DNA of 39,319 nt, taken from Treponema sp. (GTDB taxonomy: Bacteria > Spirochaetota > Spirochaetia > Treponematales > Breznakiellaceae). Of the stretch, positions 17,381 through 25,328 are shown piece after piece; positions within the stretch are counted from its first letter, which is position 1; every line of letters begins with the position of its first letter. The notes beneath the pieces were generated by a model. The model made no database searches, was not told the origin of the DNA, and worked only from the letters and a program-made list of their open reading frames with translations. The translations under genes were made by a program, and so were the position numbers. Location of the stretch: positions 1-39,319 of the forward strand of contig JAITBL010000201.1 of assembly GCA_031283575.1 (NCBI GenBank), written 5' to 3'.

Positions 17381-18511
17381 ATGAGCGGTCCCCGGGAACA
17401 GGCGGAAATGCTGGTTAACCGTCTGGTTAAACGCTGCCGTCATCTGCGCAAGTGGGCCCGCCGGATCAACTGCGGCGCGTTCAGGCTTTACGACCGGGAC
17501 ATCCCCGAAATCCCCCTGGCGCTCGACGCGTATTCCCGCGATCCCCAAAGCGGACGCGTCGACGCCGTATCGGGCGCGCTCTACCGGCGGCCCTACGAAA
17601 AGGATCAGGATGAAGAAGCCGCGTGGCTTTCACTTATGAAGACCGCCTGCGCCCGGGCCCTGGTTCTGAGCGAAGACCGTATTTTTTTGAAAGAACGCCG
17701 GCCCCAGCGGGAAGGTTTTCAGTACGGCAATCAAGGACATTCCGCGAATGTCCTTGATTCCGCCTGCAATTGTTTGCCGGGCGGGGAATCCGCAAAAACA
17801 GAATACGGCGGTGACGCGCTCGTCGTGCCCGAGGGGGATCTGCGTTTTCTCGTCAGGCTCGGCGGCTGTCTGGATACCGGCCTCTTTGGCGACCGCCGCC
17901 GCCTTCGCGCCCTGGTGCGCGACCGCGCGGCGGGCAGGCGCTTCCTCAATCTTTTCTGCTATACCGGATCTTTTTCCGTTGCCGCCGCAGCGGGCGGCGC
18001 CGTCTCGGTGGATTCGGTGGATATGTCGAACGGCTACCTGGAATGGGCGGCGTTTAACGGCGGGCTCAACGGCCTGCGCGCCGAAACGGCCGCGCCGGCC
18101 GCGTTTTACCACCGCGCCGCGGACGGCGCCAAAACGCCGCCGGCCGCCGGACAGCCGTGCCGCTCTACCCTTGTGCGCGCGGACGTCCTGCGCTTTTTGG
18201 CCGAAGCCGCGGCGGCGGGGCTTTCCTGGGACGCGATCATCCTTGACCCGCCGGCGTTTTCACATTCAAAAAAAATGGCCGGAACCCTCGACCTCAAGCG
18301 GGATCATCCCGCGCTGATCACTTCCTGCCTCGCCCTGCTCAAGCGCGGCGGCGTCCTCTATTTTAGCGCCCCTGTCAAAGGCTTCAAACTCGACACGGAC
18401 GCCGTTTTAGGGGCCTTCCCCGGCGCGGAGATATCCGACATAAGCGGTAAAATGATCGACGAGGATTATAGGGGCAGGCGTATTCCCGCCTGCTTTACCT
18501 TTAACCTTTGA
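17381..18511 (+). CDS. class I SAM-dependent methyltransferase (RlmK/RlmL C-terminal-domain-like)
   Basis: N-terminus [18 protein letters not shown]...[10 protein letters not shown] and the MTase motif [13 protein letters not shown]. Confidence 0.7.
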   Translation: MSGPREQAEMLVNRLVKRCRHLRKWARRINCGAFRLYDRDIPEIPLALDAYSRDPQSGRVDAVSGALYRRPYEKDQDEEAAWLSLMKTACARALVLSEDRIFLKERRPQREGFQYGNQGHSANVLDSACNCLPGGESAKTEYGGDALVVPEGDLRFLVRLGGCLDTGLFGDRRRLRALVRDRAAGRRFLNLFCYTGSFSVAAAAGGAVSVDSVDMSNGYLEWAAFNGGLNGLRAETAAPAAFYHRAADGAKTPPAAGQPCRSTLVRADVLRFLAEAAAAGLSWDAIILDPPAFSHSKKMAGTLDLKRDHPALITSCLALLKRGGVLYFSAPVKGFKLDTDAVLGAFPGAEISDISGKMIDEDYRGRRIPACFTFNL

Positions 18512-18704
18512 TGTTGTATTTCTTGCGGAAGCGCTCGATACGGCCGGCGGTATCCACAAGCTTCTGTTTGCCCGTAAAAAAGGGATGACAGGCGGAACAG
18601 ATTTCTACCTTGAGATCCTTGACGGTGGATCGGGTTTCGATCACGTTGCCGCAGGCGCAGCTTATCGTGGCCGCTTCATATTTCGGGTGTATCTTCTCTC
18701 TCAT
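18501..18704 (-). CDS. rpmE: 50S ribosomal protein L31 (zinc-binding type)
   Basis: MREKIHPKY..., with CxC...CxxC (SCACGNV...[13 protein letters not shown]). ATG at 18704 lies 6 nt after GGAGAGG. The 3' end overlaps the convergent methyltransferase by 11 bp. Confidence 0.92.
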   Translation of the reverse strand: MREKIHPKYEAATISCACGNVIETRSTVKDLKVEICSACHPFFTGKQKLVDTAGRIERFRKKYNIKG

Positions 18705-18746
18705 TCTCAACCTCTCCTGCAGTATACCGGAAAAAGACGCTTTGGT

Positions 18747-20297
18747 CTACTCTACGGCGGCCGCCCCCGTGTTCATGGAACGGAGGAACGCCTCATTATT
18801 CTTGCTTTTCTTCATCCTGTCAACCAGAAGTTCAATAATCTCAATGTCGTCCATGGGGTTGATCACCTTGCGGAGTATCCATATCTTCTGGAGTTCATCT
18901 TCCTTAAGAAGAAGTTCTTCTTTGCGGGTGCCCGACTTTTTGATGTTGATTGCCGGAAAGAGCCGCCGGTCGCTGATTCGGCGATCCAGGTCGATTTCCA
19001 GGTTGCCCGTGCCCTTGAATTCCTCAAAAATCACCTCGTCCATACGGCTGCCGGTCTCGATAAGGGCCGTCGAGATGATCGTAAGGCTTCCCCCGCCTTC
19101 GATATTGCGGGCGGCGCCGAAAAAGCGTTTGGGTTTGTGGAGGGCGTTGGAATCAACACCGCCCGACAGGATCTTGCCCGAAGCGGGAACCGTCTGGTTG
19201 TAGGCGCGGGCAAGGCGGGTAATGGAATCGAGCAGGATCACCACGTCTTTTTTGTGTTCCACAAGGCGCTTTGCCTTTTCCAGGGCCATTTCCGTTACCT
19301 GCACGTGGCGGCTTGCCTGTTCGTCAAAGGTCGATGAAATTACCTCGGCGCGAACGGTACGCTCCATATCGGTTACTTCTTCGGGACGCTCGTCGATCAG
19401 AAGCACGATCAGGTACACCTCGGGATGATTCGTCGTAATGGCGTTGGCGATCTTCTGCATCATGATCGTCTTGCCCGTGCGGGGAGGGGCCACAATGAGG
19501 GCCCGCTGACCCTTGCCTATGGGGCAGAAAAGATTGATGATCCGCTCGCTTATCCCCTCGGTGGCGGTTTCAAGATTGAGCTTGGTGTTGGGATAGAGGG
19601 GCGTGAGGTTGTCGAAGGGAATGCGGTTCTGGGCCACGGTGGGGTCGTCATAGTTGACCGTTTCCACGCGGAGCATGGCGAAAAAGCGTTCCTGCTCCTT
19701 GGGGCTGCGGATCTGGCCGTAGACGGTATCCCCGGTTTTAAGGGCAAAGAGCCGTATCTGGCTGGGAGAAATATATATGTCGTCGGGGCCGGGCAGATAC
19801 GAATTCTGGGGACTCCGCAAAAAGCCGTAACCATCGGGCAAAATTTCCAGCGAACCGTACGCGTAGATAATGCCGCCCCGCTCGGTGTGGGCCTTTAAAA
19901 TCGAAAAAATAATTTCCTGTTTTTTCAGGGCCATCATGTCTTCGTGGGTAATATTGTAGGACGCCGCCAGTTCCCGCAGGTCTACCATATTAAGCCTGAT
20001 AAGCTCGTTGATCGAAAGCCGCGGCTTGCCGTTTTCTTCCCCTGTCCGGGGCTCGGGCTTCCCGTAAATATCGGGCATTGAGGGAAGCCTCGGCATAAAG
20101 CCGTTTACCTGAACCGGCGCCTCCGCGGCCGGCGCTTCGTCCTGCTCCTGAATACCGGCGCTTTCCACCGCTTCGCCTGTCCGGCGCGCCCGCACCACGA
20201 CCCTGTTTCCGTCTTCACCGCCCGCTCCCCGGGCGCCTTCATCAAACGAAGGCTGTTCCGCGGATTTTACCACACGGGGTTTCCTTACATAGGCCAT
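18747..20297 (-). CDS. rho: transcription termination factor Rho with an extended N-terminal insertion
   Basis: Walker A PPRTGKT, the RNA-binding cold-shock-like region (GYGFLR) and a C-terminal RecA-like domain. The first roughly 100 aa are low-complexity. Confidence 0.95.
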   Translation of the reverse strand: MAYVRKPRVVKSAEQPSFDEGARGAGGEDGNRVVVRARRTGEAVESAGIQEQDEAPAAEAPVQVNGFMPRLPSMPDIYGKPEPRTGEENGKPRLSINELIRLNMVDLRELAASYNITHEDMMALKKQEIIFSILKAHTERGGIIYAYGSLEILPDGYGFLRSPQNSYLPGPDDIYISPSQIRLFALKTGDTVYGQIRSPKEQERFFAMLRVETVNYDDPTVAQNRIPFDNLTPLYPNTKLNLETATEGISERIINLFCPIGKGQRALIVAPPRTGKTIMMQKIANAITTNHPEVYLIVLLIDERPEEVTDMERTVRAEVISSTFDEQASRHVQVTEMALEKAKRLVEHKKDVVILLDSITRLARAYNQTVPASGKILSGGVDSNALHKPKRFFGAARNIEGGGSLTIISTALIETGSRMDEVIFEEFKGTGNLEIDLDRRISDRRLFPAINIKKSGTRKEELLLKEDELQKIWILRKVINPMDDIEIIELLVDRMKKSKNNEAFLRSMNTGAAAVE

Positions 20298-20761
20298 TAC
20301 CTATACTCCTGTTCCAATTTGGCAAGTATTTGTTCCAGCGCCGCCCGGGCCGCTTTGAGCCGCAGCTCGTTCCGGGGGCTGTTAAAGTGATATTTTACGG
20401 CTTCCGCCGTTTTTCCCCTGAGCGCGACGGCGATCCACACCGTTCCCACCGGAACCTCCGAACCGTCGCCGTCGGGGCCGGCAAGGCCGGTTATCGAGAA
20501 CGCGGCGTCAACACCGCTTTTGTCAAGCGCGCCCCGGACCATGGCCAGGGCGCATTCACCGCTCACCAGTCCGTATTTTGCGAGGGTTTCGGAACCCACT
20601 CCCAGCATACTCTTTTTCGCGTCCGCCGTATAGCACACAAACGAGCCCCAAAAGACGGCGGAGGCGCCGGACGTCCGCGCCAGTAAATCGGCGGCAAGTC
20701 CCGCCGTACAGGATTCCGCCGCGGCGATACGCATTGAGCGCCGCAGTAAAAAACTGATCAA
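20297..20761 (-). CDS. cinA: CinA C-terminal-domain / nicotinamide-nucleotide amidohydrolase (PncC-like)
   Basis: The [14 protein letters not shown] motif typical of the CinA/PncC domain. TTG start (uncertain). The stop overlaps the rho ATG (TAATG). Confidence 0.8.
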   Translation of the reverse strand: MISFLLRRSMRIAAAESCTAGLAADLLARTSGASAVFWGSFVCYTADAKKSMLGVGSETLAKYGLVSGECALAMVRGALDKSGVDAAFSITGLAGPDGDGSEVPVGTVWIAVALRGKTAEAVKYHFNSPRNELRLKAARAALEQILAKLEQEYR

Positions 20762-20778
20762 GACGCGGGCCGTTTCTT

Positions 20779-20822
20779 CCGCTTTTATTTCCGTTGTTTC
20801 CGTTTCCGTTATTTCCGTTTTT
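20779..20822 (-). repeat. short tandem ACGGAAA repeats (five GGA motifs) in the bactofilin-cinA intercistronic RNA
   Basis: Minus sense: AAAACGGAAATAACGGAAACGGAAACAACGGAAATAAAAGCGGAAG. Confidence 0.8.
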
Positions 20823-20827
20823 ACTGT

Positions 20828-21250
20828 TTACAGACGGTTTCTCTGTAATTCCGTCCTGATTTCTTCGGTAGGGCGCGAAAAAATTTCCACTTCGCGCTCG
20901 GTACCGGTCATGCTGCATTGTCCCTCGAAGAGGACCCCGTCGGCAATACGGAGCCGCGAAGCCGCGACATCGCCCCTGACGGAAGCCCCGCTGAGCAGGT
21001 CGATTTTATCCACCGCCCGAACCTGTCCGCTCACCGAGCCGTGGACGGTAAGGTTGGTTACCGAAATATGGTCCGCCTCGACGACGGCGCCCTTATCGAC
21101 AATAAGCGCCCCCGTGGCCTCTATCGTACCCCGAAACCTGCCCTGTATGCAAAGGGTATCTTTAAAACGAAGAAAACCGTCAAAACTCGTCGTGCTCCCC
21201 AGAACGATCAGCTTCGACTTGTTTTTACGCTGTCTTCTTCCCCGATTCAT
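20828..21250 (-). CDS. bactofilin-family polymer-forming cytoskeletal protein
   Basis: Beta-helical repeat pattern (FDGFLRFKDTLCIQGRFRGTIEATGALIVDKGAVVEADHISVTNLTVHGSVSGQV...) typical of DUF583/bactofilin. ATGA overlap with the upstream response regulator. Confidence 0.8.
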   Translation of the reverse strand: MNRGRRQRKNKSKLIVLGSTTSFDGFLRFKDTLCIQGRFRGTIEATGALIVDKGAVVEADHISVTNLTVHGSVSGQVRAVDKIDLLSGASVRGDVAASRLRIADGVLFEGQCSMTGTEREVEIFSRPTEEIRTELQRNRL

Positions 21251-21999
21251 CCTTCTTCCTGTTCTCCGGCCGCATCCGAAGAATGAAGGTTCCCCTCCGG
21301 ATGCGTTAAACGGTGTATTTGTTTTTCCAGTATACTAAGCCCTATTTCGTTTTTCTTCAAGTTCTCCCATTCGGTCATGGTCCGCTCGATACGGGCGTCA
21401 AGTCCGGCGATATTTTTACGCACTATCTGGGTTTTCTTTTGAAGGCTCTCGAGGAGGCCCGAGAGATACCCGATTTCCCTGCTGCTTCCGGTAATTTGGG
21501 CGATGGTTTCGTCCAGTTCATCCATTGAGTGAACAAAATCCGCCACATCCTGCCTCATGTCGGCGCTCAGCTCTTCCGCCAGGGAGAGCCGCGATTCGCG
21601 GGCGACAATCTGGGCGTAGAGTTCGCGGTTTCGCAGCACCGCGCGAAGACGGGCCAACACCTCGGAAAAGTTAAAAGGCTTGGTGATATAATCGTCGATG
21701 CCCAGCTCAAAGCCTTCCACCTTGTCCTTGACATCGTCCAGAGCCGAAAGCATGACGATGGGAATTTCCTGGTATTTGGGATCGGCCTTGAGTATCCGCG
21801 TAAGCTCCCAGCCCGACATCCTGGGCATAATGTTATCCAGCAGGATCAGATCGGGAAGGAATTTTTTTACTTTTTCCAGGCCCTCTTCACCGTTATCGGC
21901 CTTTTCAACCGCAAAGCCGAGTTTTGAGAGCATAACGTCGAAAAACTCAAGATTTATGGATTCATCATCAATAACGAGTATTTTCTTTCGGGTATTCAT
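21247..21999 (-). CDS. response regulator: REC domain plus C-terminal coiled-coil, with no DNA-binding output domain
   Basis: KILVIDDE...LILLDNIMPRMSGWE...DDYITKPF receiver motifs, followed by roughly 120 aa of helical/coiled-coil sequence. Confidence 0.85.
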   Translation of the reverse strand: MNTRKKILVIDDESINLEFFDVMLSKLGFAVEKADNGEEGLEKVKKFLPDLILLDNIMPRMSGWELTRILKADPKYQEIPIVMLSALDDVKDKVEGFELGIDDYITKPFNFSEVLARLRAVLRNRELYAQIVARESRLSLAEELSADMRQDVADFVHSMDELDETIAQITGSSREIGYLSGLLESLQKKTQIVRKNIAGLDARIERTMTEWENLKKNEIGLSILEKQIHRLTHPEGNLHSSDAAGEQEEG

Positions 22000-22004
22000 G
22001 CTAT

Positions 22005-23795
22005 TTAAGTATACCCTTTCTTTTGAAAAGAAGCAAGCCGCGTTTGAACCTGTGTCCGGCGAAGAATCAGAACTGCGCAGGCGGCAGTGATTCCGGCCAG
22101 AGCCGCCAGCGCAAAGAAACGCCCCAGAAAATCTCCCCAGCGGGTATAGGGCGTCAGGGTATCGGGCAGGGGGACTTCGACGGCAAGAAAGCTTTGGGTA
22201 AAGGGCTCGGCCATGGCGATAACGCGGCCCGAAGGGGCTATGGCGCAGGTCTGGCCGGTGCTGGTAGAACGCACCATGGCGCGCCGGTTTTCCACCGAGC
22301 GGAAAACCGCCATGGAAAGATGCTGAATTTGGCAGGACAGCCTGCCGGACCAGGCGTCGTTGGAAATATTGACGATAAGTTCCGCGCCGGCGCGGGTAAA
22401 ATCCCGCGAAAGATAACCGAAGGTATCCTCAAAGCAGATCGGCGTGGAAAATTTGACGGGCCTGCCCCCCGGGCGGGCTGTTTCAAAAACGACCGCTTCG
22501 CTTCCCGGTTTCCAAAAGTGGGTGTCTTCTTCCAGGGCGCGGCGGATCAGGGTAAGTACGCCGCCTTCGTAGGGAAAATATTCGGCAAAAGGCACCAGAT
22601 GCATTTTGCGGTACACGGCGCTTATCTCCCCCTTTTCAAAAACCAGGGCGGCGTTATAGTCTACGCGCTCCCAAAGGCCCTGGGCGTTCACCTCTTTGCG
22701 GCCGTCATCGTTTCCAATCACAAAAGGCGCACTCTCGCCGGCCAGATAGTCGGCCAGTTCCTTTACCAGGGGATAGTTGCCGCCCTCGCGGTAGTTAAGG
22801 TACCAGTAAATACCGGGCACAAAGGCCGTTTCGGGCCAGACGACAAGGTCCGTTTCGGCCCCGGCGGCCAGGGCCTCGCCGGAAAGCCGGATAAGAGAGC
22901 GCAGGTTTTCGCGGTATTCGGCCGTTCCTCCTTTCCAGGGGTCGTTATTCGGCTGTATCAACGCCACCCTTGCCGTGGGAAAAGCGCCAAAATCATCCTG
23001 CGAGAGGAAACCGTAGCCCAGAACGGCCGCCAGCGCGGCAAGCCAGATCAGCGCGGGCGGCCCGTAACGGAAAAACGAAGGTTTAAATGCGCCGTGTTCC
23101 GGCACGCCAGTGCCGGGACACGGAGTGTTTGAACCTTCGCCACACAAAGAAGAAGCGGAGGCCGTGGAGCGGCCGACGCGTTTAATCGAAGGGGAACGGG
23201 CGCTTTTGTTTTTCACCCTGTCCCCAAAAAACTGTCCCAGTAAAGCCGAAGGAAACGTCACCAGAGCCGATACGCCCCAGACCCCGCAGAGGGAGGCGAT
23301 TTGGATCAGCGGAAGCTGCCGCCACTGGCTATACCCCAGAATTCCGTAGGAATAGCCCAGAAAGCCCAGGGAACGGAGGTACTCATAACCCAGCCAGAGG
23401 AGCCACATCAGGATAAAACCCCGCCGGGGAAAAGCGAGTTGGACCAGTTTGAGCAGGGGAAAGAGAGCGGCCAAATAAACAAAAAAGATAAAACCGGCAA
23501 TAAATCCGGCCGCCGGATGAAACGAGATCAGCCAGTAGTTAAAAAGGGCGTACGAAACATAGCCGTAGAGGCCTCCCCAGGCCGCGGAAGCGGGAAGGCT
23601 GGTCCGCCGGATCACAAAAAAAACAGGGGCCAGGGCAATCCAGCCGAAAAGGGCAAAACCGTCGCGAAAGAGCGGATTGGGAAAGGCCCCCGCAAAGAGC
23701 AGGGCCGCCCCGAGGATTGCCGCCAGATTAACAACGACTCCCCCCGCCCTCGAGGGCGGGAATTCGGCCCGGCCGCGAATAAACCGTTTGCTCAC
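22005..23795 (-). CDS. lnt: apolipoprotein N-acyltransferase
   Basis: N-terminal multi-TM domain plus a C-terminal CN-hydrolase domain (VVWPETA, ICFEDTF). GTG start overlapping the HU stop (GTGA). Confidence 0.85.
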   Translation of the reverse strand: MSKRFIRGRAEFPPSRAGGVVVNLAAILGAALLFAGAFPNPLFRDGFALFGWIALAPVFFVIRRTSLPASAAWGGLYGYVSYALFNYWLISFHPAAGFIAGFIFFVYLAALFPLLKLVQLAFPRRGFILMWLLWLGYEYLRSLGFLGYSYGILGYSQWRQLPLIQIASLCGVWGVSALVTFPSALLGQFFGDRVKNKSARSPSIKRVGRSTASASSLCGEGSNTPCPGTGVPEHGAFKPSFFRYGPPALIWLAALAAVLGYGFLSQDDFGAFPTARVALIQPNNDPWKGGTAEYRENLRSLIRLSGEALAAGAETDLVVWPETAFVPGIYWYLNYREGGNYPLVKELADYLAGESAPFVIGNDDGRKEVNAQGLWERVDYNAALVFEKGEISAVYRKMHLVPFAEYFPYEGGVLTLIRRALEEDTHFWKPGSEAVVFETARPGGRPVKFSTPICFEDTFGYLSRDFTRAGAELIVNISNDAWSGRLSCQIQHLSMAVFRSVENRRAMVRSTSTGQTCAIAPSGRVIAMAEPFTQSFLAVEVPLPDTLTPYTRWGDFLGRFFALAALAGITAACAVLILRRTQVQTRLASFQKKGYT

Positions 23796-24103
23796 TTTAA
23801 CAGGGAAGGAAGGTTCCAGACGGTCTGTTTCAGTTCGCGGCCCGGCCTGAACGCGGCGATACCGTGTGAGGGAGTCGAAGTTACTTCCCCGGTACGGGGA
23901 TTCCGGGCCTTGGTGCGTCCCTTGCGGATCCGCGTTTCAAAGGTGCCAAAACCGCGCAGTTCGACCACCGCCTCTTTTACCAGCGCGTCTTTGATCCCGT
24001 CGATAAGAAGGTCCATAACCGTACGGATATCCTTGCGGTTTATGCCGGTACGACCGTAAATATCATCGATGAATTCCGCTTTGGTATACTTTTTTCCGGC
24101 CAC
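23792..24103 (-). CDS. HU/IHF-family DNA-binding protein
   Basis: GFGTFETRIRKGRTKARNPRTGEV arm motif. GTG start preceded by GAGG. Confidence 0.9.
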   Translation of the reverse strand: MAGKKYTKAEFIDDIYGRTGINRKDIRTVMDLLIDGIKDALVKEAVVELRGFGTFETRIRKGRTKARNPRTGEVTSTPSHGIAAFRPGRELKQTVWNLPSLLK

Positions 24104-24209
24104 AGTGACCTCATAAATTTTAGATACAAAAAAGAAAAAATCGTGAAGACGGATAAAGCGCGAAAGAAAGGACCTGTACCTTTTTCACTTTTATGCGCCT
24201 TGCCGCTTG

Positions 24210-24488
24210 TCAGGCGCTTCCGCTGAAAGTGGAACTGAAGAGCCGCTGCATTCTCGATTTCTTGCGGGCCGCGGCGTTTTTCTTGATAATTCCCTTGCGG
24301 GCCGCGGAATCCAGCTTGCTGATCATCTCTCTAAGGGCGGTTTCTGCTTCCGCCGCATCCTTTTTTTGGGCCAGCGTAACAAATTTTCTGATACTGGTCC
24401 TTACCGAACTTTTTACCGATTTATTCCGCAGTCTGCGCTCTTCGCTCTGGCGGTGCCGCTTTTCCGCGGACGTGATTTTGCCTGCCAA
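24210..24488 (-). CDS. rpsT: 30S ribosomal protein S20
   Basis: SAEKRHRQSEERRLRNKSVKS... is typical of S20. TTG start preceded by GGAGGAA. Confidence 0.92.
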   Translation of the reverse strand: MAGKITSAEKRHRQSEERRLRNKSVKSSVRTSIRKFVTLAQKKDAAEAETALREMISKLDSAARKGIIKKNAAARKKSRMQRLFSSTFSGSA

Positions 24489-24500
24489 AAAATTCCTCCG

Positions 24501-24671
24501 CTATTTAAAATCCGAAGGCCGCCGTTCGACCCGCTTGCATTTTTCGCATTCCGCGTGGTTTTTCACCTTGCCGTTTTCGAAAACAGTTTTCATTCTAACC
24601 TCGCCCCCGCAGGAACAGAAAAATTTCTGGGTGGCGCTGGTAGTCCGTGAGTTCTTGCTGGCCTGAGCCAT
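24501..24671 (-). CDS. unlisted 56-aa four-Cys zinc-ribbon protein (MAQASKNSRTTSATQKFFCSCGGEVRMKTVFENGKVKNHAECEKCKRVERRPSDFK)
   Basis: Hand translation of the minus strand. The ATG at 24671 lies 6 nt after GAGGAG. The TAG at 24503-24501 lies 12 nt before the rpsT TTG. CxC-x20-CxxC. It falls below the 60-aa cutoff of the ORF track. Confidence 0.65.
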   Translation of the reverse strand: MAQASKNSRTTSATQKFFCSCGGEVRMKTVFENGKVKNHAECEKCKRVERRPSDFK

Positions 24672-24715
24672 AGTCTTCTCCTCTTGGTAAACGTCGGATC
24701 TTCATCCGTTCTGTC

Positions 24716-24745
24716 AAGATACCCCTAAAAAGCCCTTTGTGTCAA
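24716..24745 (-). promoter_or_regulatory. sigma-70-type promoter candidate for the zinc-ribbon/rpsT operon (TTGACA-18-TATCTT)
   Basis: Minus strand: TTGACA at 24745-24740 abuts the first unit of the 23-bp repeat array. TATCTT at 24721-24716. Confidence 0.4.
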
Positions 24746-24812
24746 CTACAGTGAGACCACAGGTCTAACTACAGTAAGACCTGTGGTCTAACTACAGTAA
24801 GACAGGTAAGGC
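24744..24812. repeat. 3 x 23-bp tandem array AACTACAGT(G/A)AGAC-N9, containing two 21-bp near-palindromes (candidate operators)
   Basis: Units at 24744-24766, 24767-24789 and 24790-24812. AGTgAGACCacaGGTCTaACT at 24750-24770 and AGTaAGACCtgtGGTCTaACT at 24773-24793. The core of unit 2 is the reverse complement of the core of unit 1. Confidence 0.9.
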
Positions 24813-24874
24813 CGCGGGGCCAGGCGGAAGTGTATAAATATGAGTAAAATAATCTAGTATTTTTTCAGACAACG

Positions 24875-24883
24875 TGGTATACT
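24875..24883 (+). promoter_or_regulatory. extended -10 (TGgTATACT) for the Rrf2 operon
   Basis: TG at 24875-24876 and TATACT at 24878-24883. An ATG lies 6 nt downstream at 24890. Confidence 0.5.
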
Positions 24884-24903
24884 AGAGCTATGAGAGATAG
24901 ACA

Positions 24904-25320
24904 TTGAGGATTACTACCCGGGGCCGTTATGCACTGCGCGCGTCTCTTGCGCTGGCAAGCCTTCAAAACGAGGCGCCGGTATCGATAAATCAGCTTTCCA
25001 GGGAAGAAAACATATCTTCGGTCTTTTTGGAACAAATTTTCTTCAGGCTCCGCAGGGCCGGCATTGTCAGTTCCGTCAGGGGGCCCGGCGGCGGGTTCCA
25101 GTTTACCAGGGACCTGTCCAGTATTACCGTCAAGGATGTGCTCCAGGCCGCCGGAGAGGAGCTCAATGTCACCGACTGCGATAAAAACGCCAAAGCGTGC
25201 GCAAGCGTTCCGCGGCGCTGCGCCAGCCACAATGTTTGGGCGGATATTACCGTGCTTTTGGACAAGTATCTGGGCAGCGTCACCCTTGCCTCCGTACTGG
25301 AGCGTTTTCAAAAATCGTGA
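24904..25320 (+). CDS. Rrf2-family transcriptional regulator with an IscR/NsrR-like three-Cys (+His) cluster-binding motif
   Basis: MRITTRGRYALRA... wHTH. C-terminal CDKNAKACASVPRRCASH (C-x6-C-x6-C-x2-H). TTG start. Confidence 0.88.
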   Translation: MRITTRGRYALRASLALASLQNEAPVSINQLSREENISSVFLEQIFFRLRRAGIVSSVRGPGGGFQFTRDLSSITVKDVLQAAGEELNVTDCDKNAKACASVPRRCASHNVWADITVLLDKYLGSVTLASVLERFQKS

Positions 25321-25328
25321 AACTCGAA

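Noticed and set aside
20556-20918. 120-aa minus-strand ORF containing NGNNGNGNNGNK
   Set aside because: It spans the bactofilin 3' end, the repeat-containing spacer and the cinA 5' end in a different frame. The N/G repeat is simply the translation of the ACGGAAA repeats.
24744-24812. Possible CRISPR array
   Set aside because: There are only three directly abutting 23-bp units with no spacers, and no cas genes are present. It is interpreted as an operator array instead.
25311-25326. parS-like sequence (CGTGAAAC) near parAB
   Set aside because: Only one half of the TGTTTCACGTGAAACA palindrome is present. I found no full parS site by eye anywhere in the window.
25197-25328. Upstream extension of the membrane-protein ORF into the Rrf2 gene
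   Set aside because: It overlaps the Rrf2 coding region in another frame. Coupled starts at 25317 (GTG) or 25329 (ATG) are far more plausible.
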